DNA of 46,666 nucleotides from a virus (Duplodnaviria; Heunggongvirae; Uroviricota; Caudoviricetes): IMG/VR virus record IMGVR_UViG_2880395615_000009, positions 1 to 46,666 of that record; one strand, 5' to 3'. Shown piece by piece: positions 22,562 to 32,276 of this stretch (position 1 is its first letter; each line of letters starts with the position of its first letter). The notes under the pieces were generated by a model. It saw only the letters and a program-made list of their open reading frames with translations, ran no database searches and was not told where the DNA came from. The position numbers and the translations under genes were made by a program.

Positions 22562-24473
22562 TCACTCCTCCGGACAGCTTCGCTGCCAGTTCTTTCAGGG
22601 TTGGCCGGGTCGTCTCTTCTTCCCGGGATTTTGCCAGTACAGCCAGATCAAGCTGCCAGCGTTGCACGGACACACGTAATGCCGCGTAGGCATACACCAG
22701 GCAGTCCAGCGCTTCGTTACGCCGCTTTTTGTTATCCCACAGCAGACGCATCTTTCCTTTTTCCCACTTCTCCACAAGCTCTTCCGCTACCAGTTGCTGC
22801 GCCTCTGTCTGCGAAAAAATCTCCGGATCATCAGGAAAACGGATGGCATACGACGTGGCTTCATCCGCAGGCGTGGGATCGGCTTTCATACGGGCATAGA
22901 GAATTTCTTTTGCGGTGTCCGTCCCCACTTCACACAGATACACGCCCCGCTGATTGCGGGTTTTCGGCATGGTGATCACCGGCTTGCCATAGACAGACGC
23001 GCCCTTTACCGGCAGCACCCGGAAAACACCGTGTTTTTTTGATCTCTGATAAACAATTTCACCATCGATCCCCCCGGTGTCCCAGCAGACACGGGAAATA
23101 GTCATTTCGGTGCCATCCGCATGGCGGTATTTTTTGTTGATCGCCGCATCCACACGTAACAGCGTCTCTTCCTCATCAGGACGCCCCATAATGATGATTT
23201 TATCCACCAGAAAGGCTTCCTCTCCCGGAGCCCATCCCCAGACATACATCTCAAAACGGTTTCGCTGCGAGTCAATGCCCGCCGTCAGATAAACCACCCG
23301 GGCAGGCACCGCCGCCGTGTAACGCACCACCTTATCCATCAGTACCTGGTGATCGAGTTTTTCGCCCACGGCCTCTTCCCAGGTCTCGCCCAGCGTGGTG
23401 TTCACAAAGGTTTTCAGGCCGTTGGGATCTTTCAGTGCATCCAGCCAGTCATAGACAATCTGTACCCAGGTGGTGAACGGACTGTACGCCGTCCAGATAT
23501 GGAACGTGATGGAGCGCGGCGGCGGAATTTCATCACCCCGGGCGCTGAAAAACGTCAGACCGTCACGGGTCCACATGCCCGTGTTTTCACAGATCCACCG
23601 CCCGTTACTCTGGTCAAGCTCAGACTGATGGATCACACAGCCATGATGCTCACAAAGGTAGAAAACACTTTCTGGCTTATTCTTCTCCCACTTAAGACCG
23701 AAAGGCGAGGCATCATCGCCAAATTTCAGATACTGCTCCTCCCCACAGTGCGGACAGGGCACATAAAAACGCATGAAGTGTGCCGACTCGTTAGCGGCTT
23801 TTTCGATCTGGCAGGTGCCTTTGATTTTAGGCGTCGAGCCGCGAATGGATTTTGGCCACACCGACCCCTCAATACGCTTATCCCCCAGCAGGGTTGGCGA
23901 GCCCTCTTTTTCGACATCCGGCTCGAACGAGGAAAGTTCGTCATAGCAGACCACGTCCACGGATTTTTCACGGTAGTTTTTGGCGGCAGCGCCGCCCAGG
24001 CACCAGAAACCGACGCCCGATGAAAAGCGTTTCAGCGTGAGAGTATTGTCACGATGTTTACGACCCAGCCATGGGGAAAGGTCTTTCAGGCATGGCACGT
24101 TCCGAATCGTCGCCTCCACGTGAGACTTCATAAAATCTTCAGCGGCAGAATCCGTGGGCTGAAAAAGCAGACTGTTTCGGGATTTATGCTCAATAAAATA
24201 CCCGACCACCCCCAGCAACATCTTTGTATAGCCAACACGGGCAGATTTAATCAGGTTAACCGTGCGAACCTGGTCGTTACCCATACAGTTCATGATGGCG
24301 ATCTGGAATGGCAGCGTTTTCCATTCTCCCTCACCATATGAAGATTCTTTAGGCAGATAATAATTTTGATCAGCCCATTCAACTGCCGTCATTGGTACAA
24401 CCCTGACCAGAGGCTGCAGCGCAACCGAAACGGCAGCCATCATATTATTCAGTTGTTGCTCTGATATATTCAT
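22545..24473 (-). CDS. A: Terminase large subunit A (start taken at MNISEQQ)
   Basis: Matches lambda A (TAVEWADQNYYLPKESSYGEGEWKTLPFQIAIMN...VDVVCYDELS...); the listed ORF extends 19 codons upstream but lambda A begins MNIS. Confidence 0.95.
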   Translation of the reverse strand: MNISEQQLNNMMAAVSVALQPLVRVVPMTAVEWADQNYYLPKESSYGEGEWKTLPFQIAIMNCMGNDQVRTVNLIKSARVGYTKMLLGVVGYFIEHKSRNSLLFQPTDSAAEDFMKSHVEATIRNVPCLKDLSPWLGRKHRDNTLTLKRFSSGVGFWCLGGAAAKNYREKSVDVVCYDELSSFEPDVEKEGSPTLLGDKRIEGSVWPKSIRGSTPKIKGTCQIEKAANESAHFMRFYVPCPHCGEEQYLKFGDDASPFGLKWEKNKPESVFYLCEHHGCVIHQSELDQSNGRWICENTGMWTRDGLTFFSARGDEIPPPRSITFHIWTAYSPFTTWVQIVYDWLDALKDPNGLKTFVNTTLGETWEEAVGEKLDHQVLMDKVVRYTAAVPARVVYLTAGIDSQRNRFEMYVWGWAPGEEAFLVDKIIIMGRPDEEETLLRVDAAINKKYRHADGTEMTISRVCWDTGGIDGEIVYQRSKKHGVFRVLPVKGASVYGKPVITMPKTRNQRGVYLCEVGTDTAKEILYARMKADPTPADEATSYAIRFPDDPEIFSQTEAQQLVAEELVEKWEKGKMRLLWDNKKRRNEALDCLVYAYAALRVSVQRWQLDLAVLAKSREEETTRPTLKELAAKLSGGVNGYSR

Positions 24474-24954
24474 CGAGTAAATCCGGTAATTTATCCCCTG
24501 CCCGCGCACACTGATTTGCCCCCTTAGCAATAAGGGTTTTCAGATGGTCAAGATGGCGCGGTGTTAAATCAGGAAACTGTCGCTGCATGGATAAAGGGAT
24601 GGAATCAAGCGTACTGGATAACGCCATTGCCAGCTTACTGAGGGCAAAAATACAGAACCCGGTGTCAATAAGTTTTCCTTTTGACACCTCATTTTTTAGC
24701 TGCTGTGTAACAGCCTGTTCTGCTGTCAGTTCCCATCTGGCAATAAGCAATTTCTCCTCATAGTCGTCTTCGCTATCGCCATCAGGCACATCGTTTTTAC
24801 TTCTCCTCAGATACGATATGTAAAAATCGCGCCAGGCATCCAGATCCAGTTGCCCTCGCTTATTCGATATCGGGGCACCCGGCAATTTCTGCAATCTGCG
24901 AAGCTGGCGATCGGTCAGACTTAAATGCCTGGCAACTTCAGTCTGCGTAGCCAC
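24445..24954 (-). CDS. Nu1: Terminase small subunit (Nu1-like)
   Basis: Position immediately upstream of A and next to cos; N-terminal HTH; C-terminal half resembles lambda Nu1. Confidence 0.8.
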   Translation of the reverse strand: MATQTEVARHLSLTDRQLRRLQKLPGAPISNKRGQLDLDAWRDFYISYLRRSKNDVPDGDSEDDYEEKLLIARWELTAEQAVTQQLKNEVSKGKLIDTGFCIFALSKLAMALSSTLDSIPLSMQRQFPDLTPRHLDHLKTLIAKGANQCARAGDKLPDLLDEYIRATTE

Positions 24955-24994
24955 TCCTCACCTCGCAAAAACTCTCACCTCACAATCACAACAA

Positions 24995-25149
24995 AACCGG
25001 TCATGTCCGGTTTACATGTCTGTTTTTTGTTCATGTCCGGTTCACAGAAGACCTGTTTTTATATTTTTCATATAGTTAACTTGCAGAGAAACCGGACATG
25101 GATCCCGGAAAATTTTCATAAATAGCGAAAACCCGCGAGGTCGCCGCCC
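24995..25149. other. cos site: cosN with the lambda-type 12-nt cohesive end (25138..25149) plus a cosB-like region with repeated CATGTCCGGTT motifs
   Basis: Reverse complement of 25138..25149 is GGGCGGCGACCT, followed by CGCGGGTTTTCGCTATTTATGAAAATTTTCCGG as in lambda cos; CATGTCCGGTT at 25002..25012 and 25032..25042, and inverted at 25090..25100. Confidence 0.85.
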
Positions 25150-25348
25150 CGTAACCTGTCGGATCGCCGGAAAGGACCCGCAAAATGATAATAATTATCA
25201 TCTACATGTCACAACGTGCATCTACGCCATCAAACCACGTCAAATAATCAATTATGACGCAGGTATCGTATTAATTGATCTGCATCAACTTAACGTAAAA
25301 ACAACTTCAGACAATACAAATCAGCGACACTGAATACGGGGCAACCTC

Positions 25349-25576
25349 ATGTCAACGAAGAACAGAACCCGCAGAACAACAACCCGCAACATCCGATTTC
25401 CAAACCAGATGATTGAACAAATTAACATCGCTCTTGACCAGAAAGGTTCAGAAAATTTTTCTGCGTGGGTCATTGAATCTTGCCGCCGGGAGCTGGCAGC
25501 AGACATAAAATATGCCCGTCAGTTGACTATAAAAAAGAATGATACACAGTATGCTCTGCGATGGCTGTTCATATAA
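25349..25576 (+). CDS. Small ribbon-helix-helix (Arc/MetJ/CopG-like) DNA-binding protein
   Basis: 75 aa; basic N-terminus followed by TRNIRFPNQMIEQINIALDQKGSENFSAWVIESCRREL, typical of a beta-strand plus two-helix RHH fold. Confidence 0.5.
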   Translation: MSTKNRTRRTTTRNIRFPNQMIEQINIALDQKGSENFSAWVIESCRRELAADIKYARQLTIKKNDTQYALRWLFI

Positions 25577-25708
25577 CTATTTCTTTATATTGCTGAATTT
25601 ATAAAAACTCACAGACATTAGCTGTATTAATTCCGAATTGAAATAATCAGCCATATAGAATAAAAATAAAGCATAACAATAATAATCTTCTACCCAATCA
25701 GTACATTA

Positions 25709-25738
25709 CTGCTGTGACTCCAACACGGCAGTTTTTTT
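25709..25738 (+). terminator. Putative rho-independent terminator downstream of the RHH gene
   Basis: Imperfect 8-bp stem ctgctgtg/cacggcag followed by seven T. Confidence 0.4.
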
Positions 25739-25938
25739 ATTGAACAGATTCCAGTTTCTTCCACCATCGCACCGGACGGGCGACCATGAGGGGAGAACGC
25801 CGCGCTCCGTTTACGCGGTAAACCCCGGTGTGTATCGTTTTTGATTATCCCCGCACACTCTCGCAGAGGAGTCTCCCTGTCGGGCTGCGGTCTCTGTTAA
25901 TGCAGGAATACGGCGACGATACGGCGCATCAGCAAAAC

Positions 25939-26406
25939 TTAGTTCAGGCACTGAGTGCGGATATAGTCCTGTGCCCCTTCCAGCTGCTTCTGCATGGTCA
26001 TCAACCGTTCTCTGAGGATGAAATAATCCCGTTCAGCGGTGTCTGCCAGTCGGGGGCCGGTTGCATTATCCACGCCGGAGGTGCCGGTGGCTTCACGCAC
26101 GGTACCGGAGCAGGTGGCGTTGATCCGCAGGCGCTTACGACCAGCGGCAACATCAGCACGCAGAGTTTCATTTTCAGCTCTCGCATCGGCTAACTCCCTC
26201 GAGTATTTTGCATCGAGCGCAGCAACATCACGCTGGCGCACCTGCATGTCAGTAATGGTGGCATTCGCCTGTTCCAGCTCTCTGGCTTTTTTATCGCGCT
26301 GCGCTTTGTAGGTGAGCGCGTTGTCACGGTAATGGTTTGTTGCCAGCCACAGCGCACCACAGCCAACCGCCAGGACAATAATCACCACACACAGAACACG
26401 GTTCAT
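25939..26406 (-). CDS. Rz: Spanin inner membrane subunit Rz
   Basis: Matches lambda Rz ([45 protein letters not shown]...). Confidence 0.9.
   Translation of the reverse strand: MNRVLCVVIIVLAVGCGALWLATNHYRDNALTYKAQRDKKARELEQANATITDMQVRQRDVAALDAKYSRELADARAENETLRADVAAGRKRLRINATCSGTVREATGTSGVDNATGPRLADTAERDYFILRERLMTMQKQLEGAQDYIRTQCLN
26001..26186 (-). CDS. Rz1: Spanin outer membrane lipoprotein Rz1, embedded in Rz in the +1 frame
   Basis: [50 protein letters not shown] matches lambda Rz1, including lipobox and Pro-rich core. Confidence 0.85.
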   Translation of the reverse strand: MRELKMKLCVLMLPLVVSACGSTPPAPVPCVKPPAPPAWIMQPAPDWQTPLNGIISSSENG

Positions 26407-26559
26407 CTCTCTTTCACCCCACCAGTCCCGATAACGTCAGGACTCGCCAGGCGGTGGAAAAGAAAATGGCAACCAGCATGACTAAAAATGAAATGCCGAC
26501 AAGTACACAGAGGCTCTTCACCAGCGTTATGAGTTTATCTGATATCATTAGCCACCCCA

Positions 26560-27129
26560 TCAATCCGCCTTTGTTATTTTCCCTTTGCCTGTATCAGCCA
26601 GGACAAAATCAATCAGCATATTCGCTTCATTTACCAGCGTACGGATTTTTGATACATGCGCGGCTTTAACCTGTTTCCACTCATTCAGCCCGGTAGCAAA
26701 CACACTGGCAATGTTTTTATCCCGTTTCATGTCAGCACAAGCCTGGTTGAGTTCTTCCATCACGCTCATTTTACGGGGATTAACGACAAAACCCTTCGTC
26801 CAGTACTCGTAAAGAACATCGTCGCACTCTTCCTGATACCGGATGACCTTATCGCGGATTTCGGGTTTTACTTTGTTGGGATTAATGGTTTGTAGCCAGC
26901 CGGCAAGTTTTCGAAGTGGCATGGACACCATATTGCGTTGTTTCCCATCCTCAGCAACCATAACGATTTCCGTTATAGTTGACGCAAAACGCTGTCTTAA
27001 CTTAGCCAACTGTGATTGCCAGGCCAGCCCCATCCCCGCAACGACAGGTTTCATGGGAACGTATGGTTCGCCATTATGGTTAACTACATAAAGAGAGTTG
27101 CCGTGAAACGGCACGGCCATCATATTCAT
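26560..27129 (-). CDS. Phage antirepressor-like protein (P22 Ant N-terminal-domain type), inserted between R and Rz
   Basis: N-terminus FHGNSLYVVNHNGEPYVPMKPVVAGMGLAWQSQLAKL resembles the P22 antirepressor N-terminal domain as remembered. Confidence 0.6.
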   Translation of the reverse strand: MNMMAVPFHGNSLYVVNHNGEPYVPMKPVVAGMGLAWQSQLAKLRQRFASTITEIVMVAEDGKQRNMVSMPLRKLAGWLQTINPNKVKPEIRDKVIRYQEECDDVLYEYWTKGFVVNPRKMSVMEELNQACADMKRDKNIASVFATGLNEWKQVKAAHVSKIRTLVNEANMLIDFVLADTGKGKITKAD

Positions 27130-27399
27130 CGGTTATTTCCTTTTAGTGATGAACCTTGTCTCACAGGAATCCAGCCCACAGAAAGGCACCGACAGCCAAA
27201 CCGGTATCCTCAAGGGTCATCCTGAAAGGTTCTGTGTTGTGAGATGCGCGTGAGATGCGCAGAAATGACAAAGGCATCATTACGGTGCCTGAGTGTTAAA
27301 CAACTGTTTTGACTTTATTCACTTACATTTTGCCAATTTGCAGGATTTCGTGTTATCCGTCCATGTAAGCAAACCTCATTTTTCAGCAAAATATTCTTC

Positions 27400-27933
27400 T
27401 TATCTGTCGATTCCCCAGCACGCCAGCGCGCTCTCCTGGTCACGACGGGATACCTGACCGTAACAGTTGTTTGAACGAATACGGCAGTCTCTGCCACCGT
27501 CCTTAATCCACCAGCGAATCGCTTCGCAGGCACCTTTTCGATCACCTGCATTAATTCGTCTGTAAAACGTCGACGGGAAACACTTACCGGGACCAATGTT
27601 GTACGGACAGAATGACGCAATCCCCGCTTTCTGGGGTTCGGTCAGTGGCACTCTGATGTTTTTCTCCACCCATGCCAGCGCCTTATCACGCTCAATGGCG
27701 TTAACCCGGTCGCATTTTTCCTTCGACAGCTTCATGCCAGGAATAACAGGCTTACCATCCACCCGGGTGGCTCCACGGCAGATGGTCCAGATACCCGCAC
27801 CATCACGGTATGCTGTGGTGTGGTTACCTTCCTTTTCATCCAGAAACTGGTCGAGGATTTCAGGCGCAGGCGCACCTGCGGCAATCAGCGCCAGAACGGC
27901 AGCCGACAGGCCGTATCTGATTTTTGCGTTCAT
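27400..27933 (-). CDS. R: SAR endolysin R (T4-lysozyme-like muramidase with signal-anchor-release domain)
   Basis: N-terminal weakly hydrophobic Ala/Gly-rich segment (SAVLALIAAGAPAPEI) followed by a lysozyme-like domain; adjacent to a pinholin. Confidence 0.85.
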   Translation of the reverse strand: MNAKIRYGLSAAVLALIAAGAPAPEILDQFLDEKEGNHTTAYRDGAGIWTICRGATRVDGKPVIPGMKLSKEKCDRVNAIERDKALAWVEKNIRVPLTEPQKAGIASFCPYNIGPGKCFPSTFYRRINAGDRKGACEAIRWWIKDGGRDCRIRSNNCYGQVSRRDQESALACWGIDR

Positions 27934-27983
27934 GGATATTTATCAGGGTTTATCGATTTCAAATCCCTGGATATGTTAAGTCT

Positions 27984-28328
27984 TCAGGCCAGCGGTGGAG
28001 TCTTCAGAGAACCCGTAATTATTCCCGGTAGTTTTCCTCTGTAGGTTATCAACACATCCTGCGCCTCTAAAATGATGGGCCGCTTTTCCGGCAACGGACC
28101 ATCCCCTTCACATAACCCGGCAGCAACATCCATGAAAAACTGCTTCGCCTGCTTTTTCGCCTCAGCTTCGTAAAACTCCAGCGTGGCTCCTTCAGTACGG
28201 TCAAGACTAATCGCCACATCTGGCAACAACAGTGACGGATACCCACCAATTTCCGGTGCCACAGTAACAGTAATCTTATCCGGGTAATTATTTATCCCTT
28301 TAACAACCAGTTCGTATTTTTTCTTCAT
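27984..28328 (-). CDS. Hypothetical protein between holin and endolysin
   Basis: 114 aa ORF tightly packed between S and R; no recognised motif. Confidence 0.5.
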   Translation of the reverse strand: MKKKYELVVKGINNYPDKITVTVAPEIGGYPSLLLPDVAISLDRTEGATLEFYEAEAKKQAKQFFMDVAAGLCEGDGPLPEKRPIILEAQDVLITYRGKLPGIITGSLKTPPLA

Positions 28329-28332
28329 CGCT

Positions 28333-28548
28333 TTACTCTCCCCGCGCCGCCTTACGACGGTCCTCTCTGATTTTGAAATACAGGTTAGTCAGATACGTCA
28401 GCAGGCCAAACAGCAGACTCCCCAGCACACCTATCGCCACCCACTGGGACGGAGAGACTTTGTCCAGCAGCTGCAGTAACCAGTATCCCGTCCCCACCGC
28501 TGACGTGGTGTATGACACACCCGTTGTGATTTTTTCCATCTGGTACAT
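28333..28548 (-). CDS. S: Class II holin (phage 21 S-like pinholin)
   Basis: Matches phage 21 S as remembered ([50 protein letters not shown]). Confidence 0.85.
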   Translation of the reverse strand: MYQMEKITTGVSYTTSAVGTGYWLLQLLDKVSPSQWVAIGVLGSLLFGLLTYLTNLYFKIREDRRKAARGE

Positions 28549-28623
28549 ACCCCGTCTCCCGCAATCCGGAAGCTCACAACAACAGGAGGGGCATCAGCTC
28601 ACACCGACAGCCCCTGCGTATGG

Positions 28624-28893
28624 TTACATCATCATTTCGCCGCCAGGCTGAGGCTCACTGCTACCGTCAGGCTGAGACACAACGCCATCTGAAACAGCAC
28701 TGTCACCCGCGCCGTCTTCAGGCTCAGGAGCAGCCGGTCCCCCCAGCAGCTCATCCAGAATGGCATCCACTTCAGCATCAAGACGCGCCTCAAGATTCTG
28801 GCGGAGTTGCTGTTTCAGTGCGCTTCTGACTTCTTCAGAGCGCAGGACGTCCTTCACTGCTTCAGCAGTGACCAGAGATTTTATTTCTGACAT
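28624..28893 (-). CDS. Hypothetical acidic protein (start taken at MSEIKSL)
   Basis: ORF with predicted helical N-terminal half and acidic Pro/Gly-rich tail; start uncertain. Confidence 0.4.
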   Translation of the reverse strand: MSEIKSLVTAEAVKDVLRSEEVRSALKQQLRQNLEARLDAEVDAILDELLGGPAAPEPEDGAGDSAVSDGVVSQPDGSSEPQPGGEMMM

Positions 28894-29260
28894 GGGATTT
28901 TCTCGTTGAAAGGTGTTGTTAAGAAAGTTGCTACGAAATGAGAGGCTCTTCGGGTTTTGTTCCGGCTGACTGGCTGGCGCTGATTTTTTCCGCCGCCGCG
29001 GCATCAATCTTTTTGCGTATATAGTTCCGGATAACCTTATACCCGCCACTTACCAGATATAACGTGCACACCACCGTGCAGAAATACAATAAAATAAGCT
29101 GTACAAATCTCATTATCCCTCCCGGTTATTGATATGGTGTTGACATCGTTAATACCTGTTGGTTAAAAAAGTGTCCTGCATGTTTTGCTTTGGATATAAC
29201 GACATTTGCCGCCGGTTCTGGCTCCTTGTTTTCCCTGCCCCGGCGGCCTTTTTTTCCTGC

Positions 29261-31198
29261 TTACGGGTTATTCACTTCCACTGTTATACTTTCAATCAGC
29301 ACCGGATATGTCGCACCGCTAGTGATATCGGTCACGCGCAATTTGTCTGCCGTAAACGTGCCGACCGGTGACTGTGACAGCATGAACGGCGTCCCGTCCT
29401 TACCATCAATGACCGGCGTCACCTCAATACTGTTGTTACCGGCAAAACGGAAGCCCAGCGTATGCCATTCGTTATCAAATGCGCCGAATGACCCCAGCTT
29501 CGTGTTCTGACCAGCATTTCCCTTGTGGTACATCACATTAAGGTCTGTGGCATCGCTCTGTACGTAAAACGACGCCAGCAGGTTATGACCGGCATTACCT
29601 TCCAGTGTGACGCCCTGAGGCAGTGAAGAAACCGGCCAGTACAGCGCCAGTGCGTACTGATTAGCTGTCAGTGTGCCATCAACTTTAAAACGACAACTGA
29701 TAAGCCCGCCCTTCTCCAGCAGGTCTGCGCCATTACCGGCATCATGCTGCATAAACCACGAGGAACTTCCTGTCTGTTTGGTCCACCTCAGCGCCTTACC
29801 TCCTGCAGCACCTGCATCATCAACTACCAATGCACGCCCTCCTTCAGCTCCCCATCCCTGCGGATTCAGTAAACCACCTGACTCTGTTGCACGGTAATAA
29901 AGCAGCGTTGTCACTGATTTCCCGTCCGTTGACGGTGTTGATGGTGTGTCCGGTGACGGCTTCTCATCCGGCGGCATCACAACCTGTTCCCCACCCACCA
30001 GTTCAGCCGTCCGTCCTGCATGGAGAAGAATCGCTGAGGCAAGACGGTCAGAAATAATCCCCCTGCGTGCCCATGAGCTGAAATGGCTCGCACGGTCTGC
30101 TGACGTCCAGTTTGCCGACGTCCGGGAGGCCGCACCGTAATATCCTGATGCCGGAATATCCGGGTCTTCTTCCGGTTTGTTCGTCGGGACATTTGCTCCG
30201 TTCTCATCGGTCATGAACGGCACAAAGTGAATATTCTTTTCCGTTTTGTTTTTGTAACTGCCGTACACCGTCTGGTAAGTGGATTCGCTCTTCTGCTTCC
30301 AGAAATAAGTTGTGTCTCCACATATCCAGGGAACACCGTCAGCAGAACCACCAGCGCACTGTCCCACCATATCTGCAAGGTCCGTACGATATTGTTCCAC
30401 TACTTCTGTAAAACGGGCTGTGTGATTTGCTGGCGTTCCGTCAAAGTCAAATTCCCCCTGCATCCACACCACGGCAAGCAGCACATTTTTCGGGTTCTTT
30501 GCCAGCGCGGCTTTTGTACGACCGATGAGATCCTTATACAGCGGCCTGCCCACACCCCAGCGGGTAGAACTCTCTGAGGCACCGGTCACGTCACTGTATG
30601 TTCCATCTGCCCCGGTGGTGAAAGCTGAACCACCACGGCAGCACGGAACCAGAAGAATACCCGCATTCGCCGGTATAAACGGCAGCAGCTTTTTGGCAAT
30701 ATGCAGCCCCTGCCCCACGGTTCCGTACTGACCTTTCGACAGGTCAGCTTTCGGATGGTTAAGACGGCTCATGTCCTGTACATCATGCAGACAGTGGTCT
30801 GCCGGAATAATGTCGTTATATTTACAGGGAGCGCCATCCGGCGTCACTGTGCTGCGACGAGCCAGTTGCTTTATACGCGGGTCAGGACGGTCATATGTCT
30901 GCGGCAGAGGAAGCCCCTCACCGTAAGCCATGCCGTTCGACTGCCCGGCCAGTGGAATAACGTAGTAATAATCTGGCTCCGTGGTGACCACTCCCGGATA
31001 GCCACCATCCCCCGTGCCGGGCACAACCACTGGCGTGGTCACATCCCCCTCCGCGGCAATCGCCTGCATCAGGGTATAAGGGGTTATGGCCACAGGACTA
31101 CCAAACGGCTGCCAGCCCTCTTTCAGTTTGTGTGTCAGCTTTTCCGCAAGATCTGACGGCGACGCCGCCCTGACAACATCATAATGTTTAATCGACAT
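29261..31198 (-). CDS. nanS-p: Prophage-encoded sialate O-acetylesterase (NanS-p type; DUF1737 plus SASA esterase plus C-terminal lectin-like domain)
   Basis: 645 aa; N-terminus MSIKHYDVVRAASPSDLAEKLTHKLKEGWQPFGSPV (DUF1737-like); occupies the position downstream of Q and upstream of S where EHEC phages carry nanS-p. Confidence 0.8.
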   Translation of the reverse strand: MSIKHYDVVRAASPSDLAEKLTHKLKEGWQPFGSPVAITPYTLMQAIAAEGDVTTPVVVPGTGDGGYPGVVTTEPDYYYVIPLAGQSNGMAYGEGLPLPQTYDRPDPRIKQLARRSTVTPDGAPCKYNDIIPADHCLHDVQDMSRLNHPKADLSKGQYGTVGQGLHIAKKLLPFIPANAGILLVPCCRGGSAFTTGADGTYSDVTGASESSTRWGVGRPLYKDLIGRTKAALAKNPKNVLLAVVWMQGEFDFDGTPANHTARFTEVVEQYRTDLADMVGQCAGGSADGVPWICGDTTYFWKQKSESTYQTVYGSYKNKTEKNIHFVPFMTDENGANVPTNKPEEDPDIPASGYYGAASRTSANWTSADRASHFSSWARRGIISDRLASAILLHAGRTAELVGGEQVVMPPDEKPSPDTPSTPSTDGKSVTTLLYYRATESGGLLNPQGWGAEGGRALVVDDAGAAGGKALRWTKQTGSSSWFMQHDAGNGADLLEKGGLISCRFKVDGTLTANQYALALYWPVSSLPQGVTLEGNAGHNLLASFYVQSDATDLNVMYHKGNAGQNTKLGSFGAFDNEWHTLGFRFAGNNSIEVTPVIDGKDGTPFMLSQSPVGTFTADKLRVTDITSGATYPVLIESITVEVNNP

Positions 31199-31676
31199 CG
31201 AATTTCTCCCGTGTACAGGAACAGAGTTAAAAAGCCGGAACCGGAATCAAATCACAGGATGACCATCTGCCAGTGGCTGGTCGTAAAAAAAAGGCCGCGC
31301 CATGCGCAGCCGGAAATAAAGGGATAACGATGATAGTTTGAGAAAAACAGAAATAACACTTTTGTGGCAAAGCATGGTGCCGGGTGCCTCCCGGTGAATT
31401 CAGTACCAGCACCTGAATCCGCGATTATCCCATATACCTGGTTGCTGATTGCCCCACCGCACAGGGGGATTCACCATGCAGTAGTATTTTTAATAAACAG
31501 TAAACAAAAAAATCAAGCATTATGCAGGCTGTTTCTTTTTATCACCGGCCACAGCAATACCACAATGCCGCAGACCAGCCCCCCATCCGCCAGCACCGAC
31601 ATGATTCTGCTGGTGAAATCCACCATCACCACCAGAAACAGCAGGAGTGCAGCCACAGCCAGGCGCAGTTTTACCG

Positions 31677-32069
31677 TCACAGGTGATTCTCCAGACGAAG
31701 CCCCAGAACACCGGCAATCTCTTCCAGCACCTTGCGCTCTTCCGGCTCAATTTCGCCGTCTGCCTCCGCAATGGCCACCGCCACATCCAGCACATCTTCC
31801 GCTTCACGCGTATCGTGTTTCACATCCTCGATCTCACGTAACGCCGCACGACGACCAATTTTAAAGTTCGTATCCAGCTGACCGATAATGGTTGCGCTAA
31901 TCGCATTAATTTCTGACGTAAACGCGGACAGCGCTGGCTGATTACGCAGTACCTGTTCGATCTTCGCTTTCTAGGAAGCCTCACATTCACCATCTGCACA
32001 GGCCACCAGGTATGCGGCGTTAATCACCGCCTGTGCCAGATCGCGTTTCTCAAACTTTCCTTTTTCCGG
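31677..32069 (-). pseudogene. TerB-like (tellurite-resistance TerB domain) gene remnant with an in-frame TAG (31971..31973) and no start codon
   Basis: Frame reads ...AQAVINAAYLVACADGECEAS*KAKIEQVLRNQPALSAFTSEINAISATIIGQLDTNFKIGRRAALREIEDVKHDTREAEDVLDVAVAIAEADGEIEPEERKVLEEIAGVLGL...; the duplicated (A)DGE...E(E)...L..IA motif is typical of TerB domains. Confidence 0.45.
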
Positions 32070-32172
32070 TTAACGTGACACACCAATAACTCTTGTCGAA
32101 AAAGCCAGCAAGCTGAAAGACCGGTATTCACAACCACCAGCGCGTTTACTGTACTGGCGTGATTTCAGTCAT

Positions 32173-32195
32173 AAAAAAACCCGCCTGGCGACGGG
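32173..32195 (-). terminator. Putative tR-prime-type terminator downstream of Q (target of Q antitermination)
   Basis: On the minus strand CCCGTCGCCAGGCGGG hairpin followed by seven T, about 90 bp downstream of the Q stop. Confidence 0.5.
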
Positions 32196-32276
32196 TGTAA
32201 AAAATCTTCTAACGTCAGGCATAAAACGCCCATCGTTAGGGCAAATTTACCACAGATTCGGGAAAAATCAACAAAG

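Noticed and set aside
25828-26193. 121-aa plus-strand ORF overlapping Rz/Rz1
   Set aside because: Antisense to the well-supported Rz/Rz1 spanin genes; Gly/Ala-rich chance frame.
31200-32276. tRNA genes and stxAB between Q and nanS-p
   Set aside because: No cloverleaf-compatible sequence or conserved T-loop (GGTTCGAATCC-type) motif found by eye, and no ORF of the right size or composition for StxA/StxB; the interval instead holds a terminator and a TerB-like remnant. A tRNAscan run would be needed to confirm.
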